A DNA stretch of 54,783 nt from Nemertoderma westbladi. Taxonomy: Eukaryota > Animalia > Xenacoelomorpha. Location of the stretch: contig JAUCBJ010000136.1 of assembly GCA_032718475.1 (NCBI GenBank), positions 1-54,783 on the forward strand, read 5' to 3'. The notes under the pieces are model-generated. The model was not told where the DNA came from, did no database searches, and saw nothing but the letters and a program-made list of their open reading frames with translations. A program made the position numbers and the translations under genes. This document shows positions 33,300 through 45,230 of this stretch, in pieces. Within the stretch, counting starts at the first letter, position 1. Each line of letters starts with the position of its first letter.

Positions 33300-34500
33300 T
33301 TAATTTGGTGGAAAATGAATTAATTTTAGTGATAAGTGATTAATTTTAGTGATAAGAGATTAATTTTAGTGATAAGTTATTAATTTTAGTGATACGTGAT
33401 TAATTTTAGTGATAAGTGATTAATTCCAGTGAAAAGTGATTAATTTCAGTTATAAGTGATTAATTTTAGTGATAAGTTATTAATTTTAGTGATACGTGAT
33501 TAATTTTAGTGATAAGTGATTAATTCCAGTGAAAAGTGATTAATTTCAGTTATAAGTGATTAATTTTAGTGATACGTGATTAATTTTAGTTATAAGTGAT
33601 TAATTCCAGTGAAAAGTGATTAATTTCAGTTAGGTGCCATCCATAAATGACGTCACGTTTTTTAAAGACATTTTTGACCCCCCCCCCCCCCCCCCCCCCC
33701 TCGTCACAAATCGTCACGAAATGGCTAATCTCTCCCCCACCCCCTCCCCAATGTCACGTCACACTATATAAAATTAAATGATTACTCTTATATTATTAGA
33801 ACAATAAATCTGGAATAAATTTGTCAACTATAAAATATAGATATATACTAACATTACAAATTACAGTAATACGAGTTTTTCAGACATGCTCCCATGGGCA
33901 CGACAGGTGGTCTGTCATGCTTATAATTGGCCATTGGTGATACATCAGCTACTGGGTGTGGGTTCGCAGGGGATTGATAATCAAAACAGGTTTTGGAACT
34001 ACCGCTACCATGAAGGGATGTAAGATTTTTAGTAAAACTTTCGATGCAAAGTAAAGATGGCATTCTTTACAAACGCGCTCTCTAACGTTATGGAAGGGCA
34101 GTAGAGTTCGTAAGGTAAGATTTTAATGGTTATCATTGGAAGAGGTAATAGTTTAATAGTAAACACGTTAATAGTATACACGTTTAATAGTATACAAGTA
34201 TACACGTTATGTATTTAACATACAATAATTTTATCGGAAACTTATAATGTGACGTCACGATATTGCGGACACCCCCCTCCCCCTCTTCACAAATCGTCAC
34301 GAAATACAACCCCCCACCCCCCCCCCCCCCCCCCCTGTCCAGCGTGACGTCATTTATGGATGATCCCTTATAAGTGATTAATTTTAGTGATACGTGATTA
34401 ATTTTAGTGATACTTGATTAATTTTAGTTATAAGTGATTAATTCCAATGAAAAGTGATTAATTTTAGTTATAAGTGATGAATTTTAGTTATGATTTAAAA
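33300..34500 (+). repeat. 20-bp tandem repeat (TAATTTTAGTGATAAGTGAT) interrupted by a MITE
   Basis: Exact 20-bp register 33321-33630, resumes at 34371; reverse-complement units at ~32490-32620. Confidence 0.9.
33633..34367. mobile_element. PIF/Harbinger-type MITE, TTA TSD
   Basis: TIRs GGTGCCATCCATAAATGACGTCACG / CGTGACGTCATTTATGGATGATCCC; TTA at 33630-33632 and 34368-34370. Removing the element restores one 20-bp satellite unit. Confidence 0.9.
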
Positions 34501-35830
34501 TAGTGATTATTGCATTAAATGTAGTGAAAAAAATGACTTTTTTAGTTATTTTTTTAGTTATAAGTGTCATATATAATTAATGAATTGTGGTGGTGCAACT
34601 CCATTAGATAGGCTGCATCCCTCGTGATCAATGAATTATTAAATGACAGTAAACTACACACTGCCTACGTCGGCCTATAATTATTACCGGTCCATTATCT
34701 CTTGAACTTAATATCTCAATTGATTCCTTTAGGAAATGGGCGTATGAATAAATTATTGAAGCAGTCACCTGTTCATAATGCGAATATAGCCACATACACC
34801 TACAGTACGTACTGTATGTACAGAACAGTATGAGTTAGTACAGTCTGCAGTACGTAGGCCTATACTGTACCTACAAGTAAGGCGGTTTTTACTTATCTTG
34901 CTTTATTACATTAATTAAATAAAACTATAAAGATTTTATATTTTTGCTGATTCAAAGTCTCTATTTTAAAATAACATAAATCTACAGTATTGCGGTAATT
35001 ATTAGTAATTGCTTGTTTCCTAAGGGGTTAGTTATTTTTTATTCTTATATGAGAGTCATCTGAAGGACTCTCAGCACAGCGTCATTAGCATTTAGAGTAC
35101 CCAGAGAACAGCGGTACTGTACGGAGGTTAAGTGAATAAATATCATCAACATCATTAGTATTAATGAGATTTCTCATATTTTTATCAAGCAATACTTTCC
35201 TGCTACCAACGCAGCGGACACAGTACTGTAGTTGCAACTTATTGCAAAATGTAATCTTATCGCGTTCGAAGCTAAAGATAATAATTGTGGAAAAAATAGC
35301 TGCTCATTTTGAAGAGATTCTGTATAAAGTACGATTGTTCTGATTATGATTGATATGGTAATCCCATACAACACGGTTTTAGGAGCTGCGGAAAGCAACT
35401 CCTTAGAACCGAGTATCCGGGTTGGAAACCGCTTTCATCCCGATGTGCAATGGAACTACTGTAGCCAGATATTCCTCACAGGGCCAGAATTCCTTAAGGG
35501 TTTCCCTGAATCCTTACACTAATGACCACTTGAGTCACCTATTTCCCAGGCAGCGACACTTTATTGTTATCTGGATGCCAGAATGAGGCTTCCCGCATGA
35601 TACGCCCTCCTCTCGGGTACCGTTGAAACTGGTCAACTTATCCTCCACTCTAATCAGCCAGAATATGTCTAACTGCCGTGTACCTTTTTACTGCATCTTT
35701 GTGGGAGATCTCAGCTCAGGTGTCATTTTTCGCTGAACTGTTAATTACTATAGAGGATGATTACTGGATTATTATACTCAACATGTATATTACAGTAGTA
35801 CAGTATTAGTGATGGACTGCTACACCGGAA

Positions 35831-35950
35831 GGCGGGGTAGCTCAGTTGGTTGAGCGCCGGGCCTGCATGCAAACAAATGATTATAGATTCAGCCTCGCCT
35901 GGGTCCACTCAGCCTTTCATCCACGGTGGTCGATAAAATGAGTACCAGTT
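35831..35950 (+). mobile_element. tRNA-derived SINE remnant with conserved central domain
   Basis: A-box GTAGCTCAGTTGGTTGAGCG, then ACTCAGCCTTTCATCC...GGTCGATAAAATGAGTACCAG, resembling (from memory) the core of Meta/LF/Sauria-type SINEs. Confidence 0.6.
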
Positions 35951-36512
35951 AAATAACTGCGAGCAAAACTTCGGAATGGGATACGAGCCCACCCACTTCC
36001 CACCCCTACCTTCGCGGGTAGTAGCTATTGAAATGTGAGCCTTCGGGTCGCCTCCGGCTTCGGCTGACTTTGTTTGATTGCTAAACCCGAGGCGATCTTT
36101 ACTGAAATGAAGTAAAATTGTGGGGCTGAATAATAGGTATGGCTGTGGAGACTTTGACCTGCCTAAAATACAACCAGTACATGTGTGGACTTTTTTTTGT
36201 ACTTGTGGCGCCGCTGTAATAGCGATATCATATCTGCCTTCTGCTGGGAAAGTGAAGAACATTATTATTGTTTAGTACAATACAAGTGAGAACGTGGCCC
36301 TTGTCACTCACTGCGTTAAATAAAATAGATTCAGAATCAGATACCTAAGGCGAAAACATTTTCAAAGTTATTATGGCAGCAAGCATAACCGGTACTGCGC
36401 CACTGCACTGCGCGGTGGCAAACTGACAGTAAATATAGAAGGCAGCATAGCATGTCAGTTAAAACTAGTGTACTGTAGCGCTGTACAGTAGTACAGTCTT
36501 GTTCACAATTAA

Positions 36513-37611
36513 AATCCATTCTTCAATCTGCATCAATCCGAATCAATCTACTCTCGTAGAAAAATAATAGTTAGATTGATGAAATTGAACCTACGTTCAA
36601 CTTCTTCAATCCAGACTTTCTGTCTAGATTGATCAGATTTAACAGATTGAAAATGTAGAGCCGAAGTATCCCTCTGTGCAGAGATGCCATGGGTTAGTAG
36701 GGCAGTGTAGGGCAGGGGAATAAAGAGCAGGGCGGCTAGGCGGGTAGACTAAGCTCAAAGAGCATGGCGGCTGCATCAAACAACTATAGGCCAGGCTACT
36801 AATGGGATCCCGCAAAGCCTTAGATTGATTGACAGGCACTGTAACAATACAGTTGGTGTGTGTGTGGTGTTCTACTGAATTGCGGTAGTGTACTGTAGAA
36901 TACTGTAGTTAAATTCCTCCTTTCCAGTTGCAGTCTATACAATGTACTGTAGATTATTTTACTTGGCTAACCGCACTATTCCCTGCATTAAATATTACAA
37001 TAAACGAATAAACCCCTGGAAAAATGCTTGGTAGAATGTATCGTTCTGTATAAATATTTTTTCAATAAATAATTGTTTATAATTAAATATATTTATGTTA
37101 ATTATTATTCAATTATTTAATTTAAATATACAAATAAAAGCATGCAAATAACACAACAAGGAATGAATAAATATAATCATAATCATTAGATCATTATAAT
37201 GCAATCTCTTATATACAATATTTAATGTGCTGCATGTCCCTTTGATAGTTTATGTTTAGAAAAACCGTTCGTTATCGCTTTAGCCGCTTTAGATATTTTA
37301 AACGTTTTTATTTTTAAATAGTACATTTATTTGCTATACCATGTTAAATGTAATCAGTTAGTAAACATTTAATTTGTAATATACTGTAAATAATGCTTAC
37401 TAAAATACATTTACTTTATTGGCTTGCAAGTGCCCCATAATTTATCTGATCCCTGCATTAATCTACTCATTCAAATCAACAAACAGCTTTACTTTGTGGA
37501 GCCAACCACGACCGTCTGTCAATCACTCAGTAGGCTAGAAACTTGCGGTGCCATGAAAGAGTTTTACAGATTGAGGAAATTGAACAGATTGAACAGATTG
37601 AAGAATGGACT
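36513..37611. mobile_element. TTAA-flanked MITE (Kolobok-like termini)
   Basis: TTAA|AATCCATTCTTCAATCTG... and ...CAGATTGAAGAATGGACT|TTAA, with subterminal CAATCT/AGATTG repeats. Confidence 0.75.
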
Positions 37612-40600
37612 TTAATTGAGAACACAACTGTAGCTGACTTATCTGAAAGTAGCCGCCCCATTCCTGCAGTCGGAGTCGATACAGTAGGTTATCCCGACAA
37701 GGTGATACCGGGTACCAGTCCTCGCTCAAAGTCCAAAATGTTTTCGGTAAAAGTATCCGAAAAAACGATTCGTCTAATAAGTTTTGGTCCCGCGCTACGG
37801 CATTGTGTGTGGTGAGTGAAAGTTGAAAGATGATCAGTCTGCCAGAGGAGGATTTAATTCTATCGCTCCACAGGACTGTCTGGAATGGAATTATGTTTGA
37901 CAAAGTTCTTTCATGTTAACATTATCTCCGTACACGATAACTTTATCTCCCTACACGATTTACCAACTAGACTACGTTTTCCCTAATCAACCCAGTAAAC
38001 ATGATTGGTTTCCTTTTATATCATCACCTTCTCTTTATTCTAACCAATCATAGAACAGAAGGAAAGGAACCAATCTATGATGTTGTGTTCTACCGAAATA
38101 CCATTAACTGTTCAATATTTTTTTCAATTTCATTTTATTATTACTTATTTCGTTCCCATAGTAGTTTTATTACGTTTTAAGAATGTAATTATTGTTTTTG
38201 CAACTGTGTCGGAATGGATTAACCTTAAGCCGTTCGTTCCCATTAACAAATAACAATTGTAAAAAATTTGTTGCGGTCGCATTTACATATATACTTGATT
38301 TATAGGAATTTTAGGCCCGCGCTCCATTGGCAATTCGTTCGTCACAATCCATCTAGGTCAGTCTCACGTTGGGTACAGATTTACAGACCTGATTCCGGCG
38401 ACTGGACTCACGTTATGTCCAGACACGAATCGCACTGCTTGCACCCCGACACACTTTCAGCTTTCAGAGTGATAACTGAACCTGAATAAGTATAATAGTC
38501 AGCACCGAATTGTTAAATTTTATTAGTTTTGATTTTAGTTCGCACAATACCTTTTACTATTATTACAAAGTCTGCCTATAACCTTAAATATCTAAATGAT
38601 ATACATAGTTTGTCCTGCATCCTCAGATCCGTATATCAGCAATAGAGGGCCAAGGGATAAATTATTTGGTATTATAATGGTGGTTTTACTAAAAATACAT
38701 CATCTTGAAAATTAACTCCAAGCTACCTGATCTTGCTGAAGTTAATTGCTCGTTTTATATTGTGTTTGTCAGTTTGTGGGATTGTTGTCTGTTGCTTCAT
38801 ATTACTAATTGGAATTCGTTGAATAAATTTCGAAGGTCGCTGATCTGGGTAAGTCCTGTTATTCGTCTTATTAGTGAAGCAAAGATTACCTGCAAACACA
38901 ACTCTGCATTATATTTATAAAATATTTACTATTATGCATTACCGTAAATATTTGATTAGATTAAATTGGCTCGAATATTTTCAAAGGTCAGAAATGCAAA
39001 ACGGTTGAACTGTGATGAGATGCTAAATGATGTGACGCGTTGCGTCTCCTTGTTTAGCGATACACTCTTGCGAATTAATTCACACAGACATTAATGGGAT
39101 TTGAACTGAACCACCGAAACCCTGTAAAATCTTCACATTTTCAATTTTTGTAAGCTCCATGATGCCTGTTTTGTGCCGTCTTGCAGCATAATGAAGATCG
39201 CATTTGATTTACTATACTTGAACTTAAGTGGCACCATTTTTAGATATTTTTTACTATTTTATTACAAATAATTTATGATCCATATGCATCGAACAGTGTA
39301 GAGGTCCTATATATATAAAATCAATTTATTATTTGAATGGGAGAATATTTTAGGCTCCTTAGGCCAAGGAATGCTTGTTCGCTGTTTACCTCACCGTGGG
39401 TGATCTTCCACAGTAAACCCTTCCACTCCGTACAGCTGCTCTATTTATTATTTAAAGATACAGACACACTTGGAGCCTTCACGAGAGACACATGAACTCG
39501 AAATAATTTTTTCTCGCTTATCCTGAATTTAATTAAAAAGTGTTCTGAGTGTAGAAGAAGAGATTATTGGTACCATCTCACATCCCTTATGTTCAGTTGG
39601 ACAGGTTCGAAAACTAATCAATGTCCGCGTAATATGCTGAGCGAGGAAGAAGAATCCTCGCATGGGTGTTAGCCGGTCAGTATCCCCTGTCTCTTGTTAC
39701 TGTAATGACATTCGAACCTGATTAGTTTGTTTCTTTTATTGATTTAAACTTTCAATGACGCCTCGGAGCGGAAAGAAAACTATTTTAAAATTACATCGCG
39801 TTTTGTGAGAGCGTGGCACCGCACCAGAGCTTAATGATTCCATCCTGCAATTCCAACTCATTGGCCCGCCTTCAGCATAAGCAAAGGCTGGGGGACCAGC
39901 CCGCCGCTTCCATACCAGCATGCGGCGAAAGGCGGGCGGCTGCCAGGCAATTCGGGCCGTGTTTCACAGGCGAACACTATCTACAAGCATGGGAGTTTCC
40001 CGGTTAGTTGTCTCTTCCCCAACAAGAAGCTGGGATCAGCCAATGGCTGTTTGAGTTGTTGAGGCGTTGGGCGTTCCAGGATGGTCCTATGGTATATTAG
40101 GCCGCTTCACCAGTTGGGGCAGTTTTCGATGGCTCATGGCTCTTAGCTATTGGTTCCATGACCGATGATAAAACAGCCTGGCCTGCGAGGCATCCTATTA
40201 CTTGCTGCTTTTATTTTGCTAGAGAAGGTACCGGTAGGGTTCTTTCTGCACACCTATACAGAAGTCCTCTATGCTGTAAGTAATAATTGTCATGTAGGTC
40301 ACATCCCACATTCTAATCACCACGCCCTAATATTAGTGAACACCATAATAACAATACTGTGGAGATTTTATATTGTATTTTGTTTGTATTTGTATTGCAT
40401 TTTTTGGTATTTTTAAGTAATATTCAAACTGTATTTGTATATATATATATACATATATGCATATACCGGTACACAGATGCATCTTGTACGAATCCTATGA
40501 TTTCTGCAATAAACAAAAACTATCGATAGCATATGTAGCATGAAACTAAAACTTTAAGCTGCATATCGTGCGATGTTTCGGAAATTTTTTATGATTACAT

Positions 40601-41448
40601 TAGCTGTATTTTATCTGATTTCTCATCAAAATTAAACGGGTGATCTCTGGAAATTTGACAATCTCATAACTTATCATAAACAATTGTACGGAATCCAAAA
40701 TATATTCTTCAAATCACTTTAATAACTAGAAGAGTGATATGATGCGTCATTCTCATTGTCGAAATCAAAATAACGCATCTTACATGATCCATGTAAATAT
40801 AATTTTACAATTATTCTCATAGCCAATGTATTTTAACTGATATTATACTTTTACCTCGATGGTGCAATGTTAATTATTATGGAATCACATTGTTTTTCTT
40901 TTCGAATCGTTCATAGTTGAATTTGAATACACAAGAAATCGAAGGCACGGTGAGTAATTTATTCAATTGAATTTAATTAATCAATTTATAATTCATCTGT
41001 TTTCAATTACTTTTGTTCAAATGGCACAATTCCATTTAAGTATATCCATAATAAATACGCTTGGTATGTCTGTCTGTAATGTTCTTGGTAACTACGCCAC
41101 CTAGTTCAGGAATTCCTTTGTCCTTTGGCGTTATCATTTATAAAGTAACAGTATTCTTTCAGTATGATTGTAGCGTAGTCTACGGTCACGAGAACACCCG
41201 CGATATTTCACTATATTTAAATAAATGTAGGGCTTATTTCACTTTCAGGCTCTCGTTTTATATTTCACTCACTCCTTACACTCGTTCGTGGATATATTCC
41301 TATTCGAGAAGAAGTGAAATGCAATGTTACTTTATTTAAATCGAATATAAAGTTATTATTTGTGATATTGATTGTTTTTATTCATATATGTTTTTAATTG
41401 ACCCCGCCCTACTCCATATGATTGGAATAAAATCGAATATAATGTTAA

Positions 41449-42367
41449 GGTGAGAATGTACCTTTGGGGGTTTAATGGTGAAAAACCGTATCATATCTAT
41501 TTTGTTTTTGACTTATGTATTGTTTTATGGCACGGTATCTCATAAACAAAGGACTATTTTTAACATTTTGCACAGAACCAAAGTTCTACTGTCGGTCTGT
41601 CTGTCAGACTGTCGGTCTGTCTGTCAATATATATAAGGTAACTCAATTTATCGCTGCTATGGGGTTTTCCTGGTCGTTGATTTCAATTCTGGTGTCATTT
41701 TTGATGTTTGGCGGAATCTAGTATCTTTGTCTGTTTGTAGTGTGCTTCCTTATATTTTGATGGACAGACAGACAGACAACATACATACATGCAGACAGAC
41801 GGTCTAGATTATGTCTAACTTTAAAACTAATAAAGGGAATGAAAACAGTGGCCATGAAAACCCCCCATATCGGAAATTTTATTTAGCTGGTCTGCCTCCT
41901 TATATTTTGAAAATTCCGCCATTTAAATTTTAAATAAAATTGGCGGTAAGATTTGAAAACTTTAAAGGGGTTTTTCTCAGCATTTATTTTTTCGAGTTTT
42001 TTTTTGGAGACAAAGGTACACATTTCGCGAGAACGGCTTGATAAAATTTGCTAAAATTGTTGTGGTGCCCTATTGTTATCCCCGCTGTGTTTGGTACCAG
42101 CATCTAGGCAATCAACATATGTTAACATCTTTTTAACATGTTTTTTTTTTTTTTAATAAAAATAACTTATTTTATCTGAAAACTGCCATTTAAGATCACA
42201 AAAAGTGCAATATTACACGAAAAATTGGTGCCCTACCCAGTGAAAACTTTAGAACCAGACTACCCCCAACACTGACAAACAATATGGAAAAATTTCAGAT
42301 GAAACCACCAAAGTCTTTTCGAGAAATAATTTGTAAGAAGTAATTTGTCTAGGTATACATTCTCACC
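41449..42367. mobile_element. TTAA-flanked MITE (Kolobok-like, GG...CC)
   Basis: TTAA|GGTGAGAATGTACCT ... AGGTATACATTCTCACC|TTAA. Confidence 0.8.
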
Positions 42368-42508
42368 TTAAAAACATACTTTTGACGGTAATCGGCTGTT
42401 ATTGCCTCCTATCCCGAATCCACCTGAATACTTCTGTAATGTAATGTATTATAATATATGCCTTTACCTACACCGAACATGTGTTGAATATCAAAATTAT
42501 CTAAAGTA

Positions 42509-45230
42509 CTAGAAAGCCTGTGGCCCTTCGGGCCACAGTTTCTAGTGAATGTGCAGATGATATATGAATGTGTGGGAGATTGGAGAACTGCATACGGAAC
42601 AGACACCATCATTAAATAAAACACCACCCCCATAAGAGATAACTGTCAAGTTTCAACTTTAAGCAGATTGTAAATAACAAAATTTCCAGAAAATGTTCAC
42701 TTTCAGACATTTCACCCTCTACTTGCGGACTGGTGAAATGCAGGCGGCGCTGCAGTTCTGTTGAGATGGAGTTTATGGTGAAGTAAGATGCCTGCCTGTC
42801 AAGTTTGAGTTTAAACAGATTGTAAATAACAAAATTGGTGTAGATTTTCACATTCAGACATTTCACCCTCTAGTGGTTGACAGAAGAACTGTAGACTATT
42901 CTGGGACTCCGTAAAGATACAGCCTTTGCTGTAGTAGATACCTGCCAAGTTTCAGCTCAGAACGACTATAAAGAACCAAATGGTTTGAGGTTTTCACCAT
43001 CAGACAATTCGCCCTCTAGCGGCAGATGGGGGAAATGTATACGACTCTGCGACTCAGTAAAGATACAGCCTATGCAGTAGTAGATGCCTACCAAATTTCA
43101 GTCTAAATCGATTGTAAATAACAAAGTTGGAGAAGATGTTATCTTTCAGACATTTCACCCTCTAGTGGTAGACTGGGGAACTGTAGAGGACTCTGCAAAT
43201 ACGTAAAGATACAGCCTATGCTGTGGTAGATAGACACCTGCCAAGTTTCAGCGGAAAAGGAATAAAAAAGAACCAAATGGGATGACGTTTTCACTATCAG
43301 ACAATTCGCCCTCTAGCGGCAGACTGTGGAACTGTAGACGACTCCGCAAAGATATAGCCTATGATGTAGTAGATGCCTACCAAGTTTCAGACAAAGCGGA
43401 TTGTAAATAACAACGTTGGAGAAGATGTTAACTTTCAGACATTTAGCCCTCTAGCGGTAGACTGGGGAACTGTAGACAACTCAGTGACTCCGGAAATATA
43501 CAGCCTATGCTGCATTAGATAGCTACCATGTTTCAGCTCAATAGCATTAAAAACAACCAAATGAGATTAGGTTATAACTATCGGACAAATCGCCCTCTAT
43601 AGCAGCAGACGGGGGGAACTTCAGACGGCTCTGAGTATTACGTTGTAACGAGTTAGGGCGAGACCTATCTAACGAGCTATAGTAAGCGAGATTTCATCGA
43701 GATTAGATGTATAATATTAGATAAAATAATAATACAGTAAGTAGGCCTACATAAATAATCACTTTACTACAGTAAAACAATAAAAAAACTAAAATGTTAT
43801 AAACCTCTCCTTCCATGCAGCCAATGATTGAGAAAGCAGAATTAGTCTTGGACAGTTCGCAATAGACAACCCACCCCAATCAACACTCTAGCCTGGCTTG
43901 CTACTTCACTTTCACTTTCGGTTTTCACTTTCAGACATTTCGCCCCCTAGCGGCCGAATGGAGAACTGCAGTTTGTTCGGCGTACTCCCCTGACACACAC
44001 CCTATGGTGTAATACACATCTGCCAAGTGTCAGCCTAAAAGCATTATTAATAACGAAATGGGATAAGGTTTTCACTTTCAGACATTGGGCCCCTAAGCGG
44101 TAGACTGGATAAATGCAGACTGGTTCTAGCTCCTCCCCAAACACACAGTCTATGATGTAGTAGACCTCTGACAAGTATCAGCTTAAAAGCATGTTAAACA
44201 TCGAAATGGGAGAAGGTTTTCACGTTCAGACATTTCGCCCCCTAGCGGCCGAATAGAGAACTGCAGGTTGTTCGGCGTCCTCTCCAGACCCAACCCTATG
44301 GTGTAATACACATCTGTCAAGTGTCAGCCTAAAGCATATTAATAACGAAATGGGATAAGGTTTTCACTTTCAGACATTTGGCCCCCCAGCGGTAGACTGG
44401 AGAAATGAAGACTGGTTCTAGCTCCTCCCCAAACACGCAGTCTTAGTGTAGTAGACCTCAGCCAAGTATCAGCAAAAAAGCATCATAAACAACGAAATGG
44501 GTGAAGATTTTCACTTTCAGACATTGCGCCCCCTAGCGGCAGACAGAGGAATTGCAGATTGCTCAGAGTTCTACACAAACACGCAGTCTATGGTGTAGCA
44601 GACCTCTGTCAAGTATCAGCAAAAAAGCAACATAAACAACGAAATGGGAGAAGGTTTTCAGTTTCTGACATTTCGCCCCCTAGCGACAGACTGGAGAACT
44701 GCAGATTGATCAGTGTCCTCCCAAACACACAGTCTATGGTCAGGAACATCATTTAGAACAGATTGAGTCTGTTGGTGCAACCGCTGTTATAGAGTTTCCT
44801 GCTGGTTGACAAATTTGGCTGAAAATGGTTATGAAATAATAGACCAATTTGACCACAAATACGCATTCAAGCAGAAATGGTGCATAAAATTAGCGTCGAT
44901 ATAACGACGTTTCGCGTCCCTGTGCTGGGGGCAGTCTGCATCACGTAGATGCGCATCAAAAAGTACCATAATAGTCGCGACCCAACGTGAGTGACAGAAT
45001 GAACTGCTAGGCCTACTGCACTACCGCGGTACCAAATTCACGAAATTTGCATTCACGCAAACAAACACTTAAAATAAGACTCGAGATAGTGACAGTGCAC
45101 GTGCTCGTGACGAGAGCTTTCGTTCGATGTATCGCGAGCTCCGATTGGTGCTTGTGTGTAGAAACGTATAGCTTGGGCAGACAAACAAACAGACAGACAC
45201 ATGATATTTATATATACTAGAAAGACTAGA
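42509..45230 (-). mobile_element. Non-autonomous Helitron with internal ~146-bp tandem array
   Basis: Minus strand starts TCTAGT..TCTAGTATATATAAA...TGTCTGTCTG and ends with the hairpin CTGTGGCCC-GAA-GGGCCACAG followed by CTAG|T (42508-42546). Confidence 0.7.
42640..44740 (+). repeat. ~146-bp diverged tandem repeat, ~13 units in two sub-arrays
   Basis: Anchor CAGACA(T/A)TTC(G/A)CCC(C/T)CTAG(C/T)GG recurs near 42863, 43008, 43154, 43306, 43444, 43590 and 43940, 44088, 44235, 44380, 44526, 44672. Confidence 0.85.

Noticed and set aside
27216-35870. Functional tRNA genes at 27216 and 35831
   Set aside because: Incomplete cloverleafs (poor acceptor stem, or missing T-arm), embedded in repeat elements.
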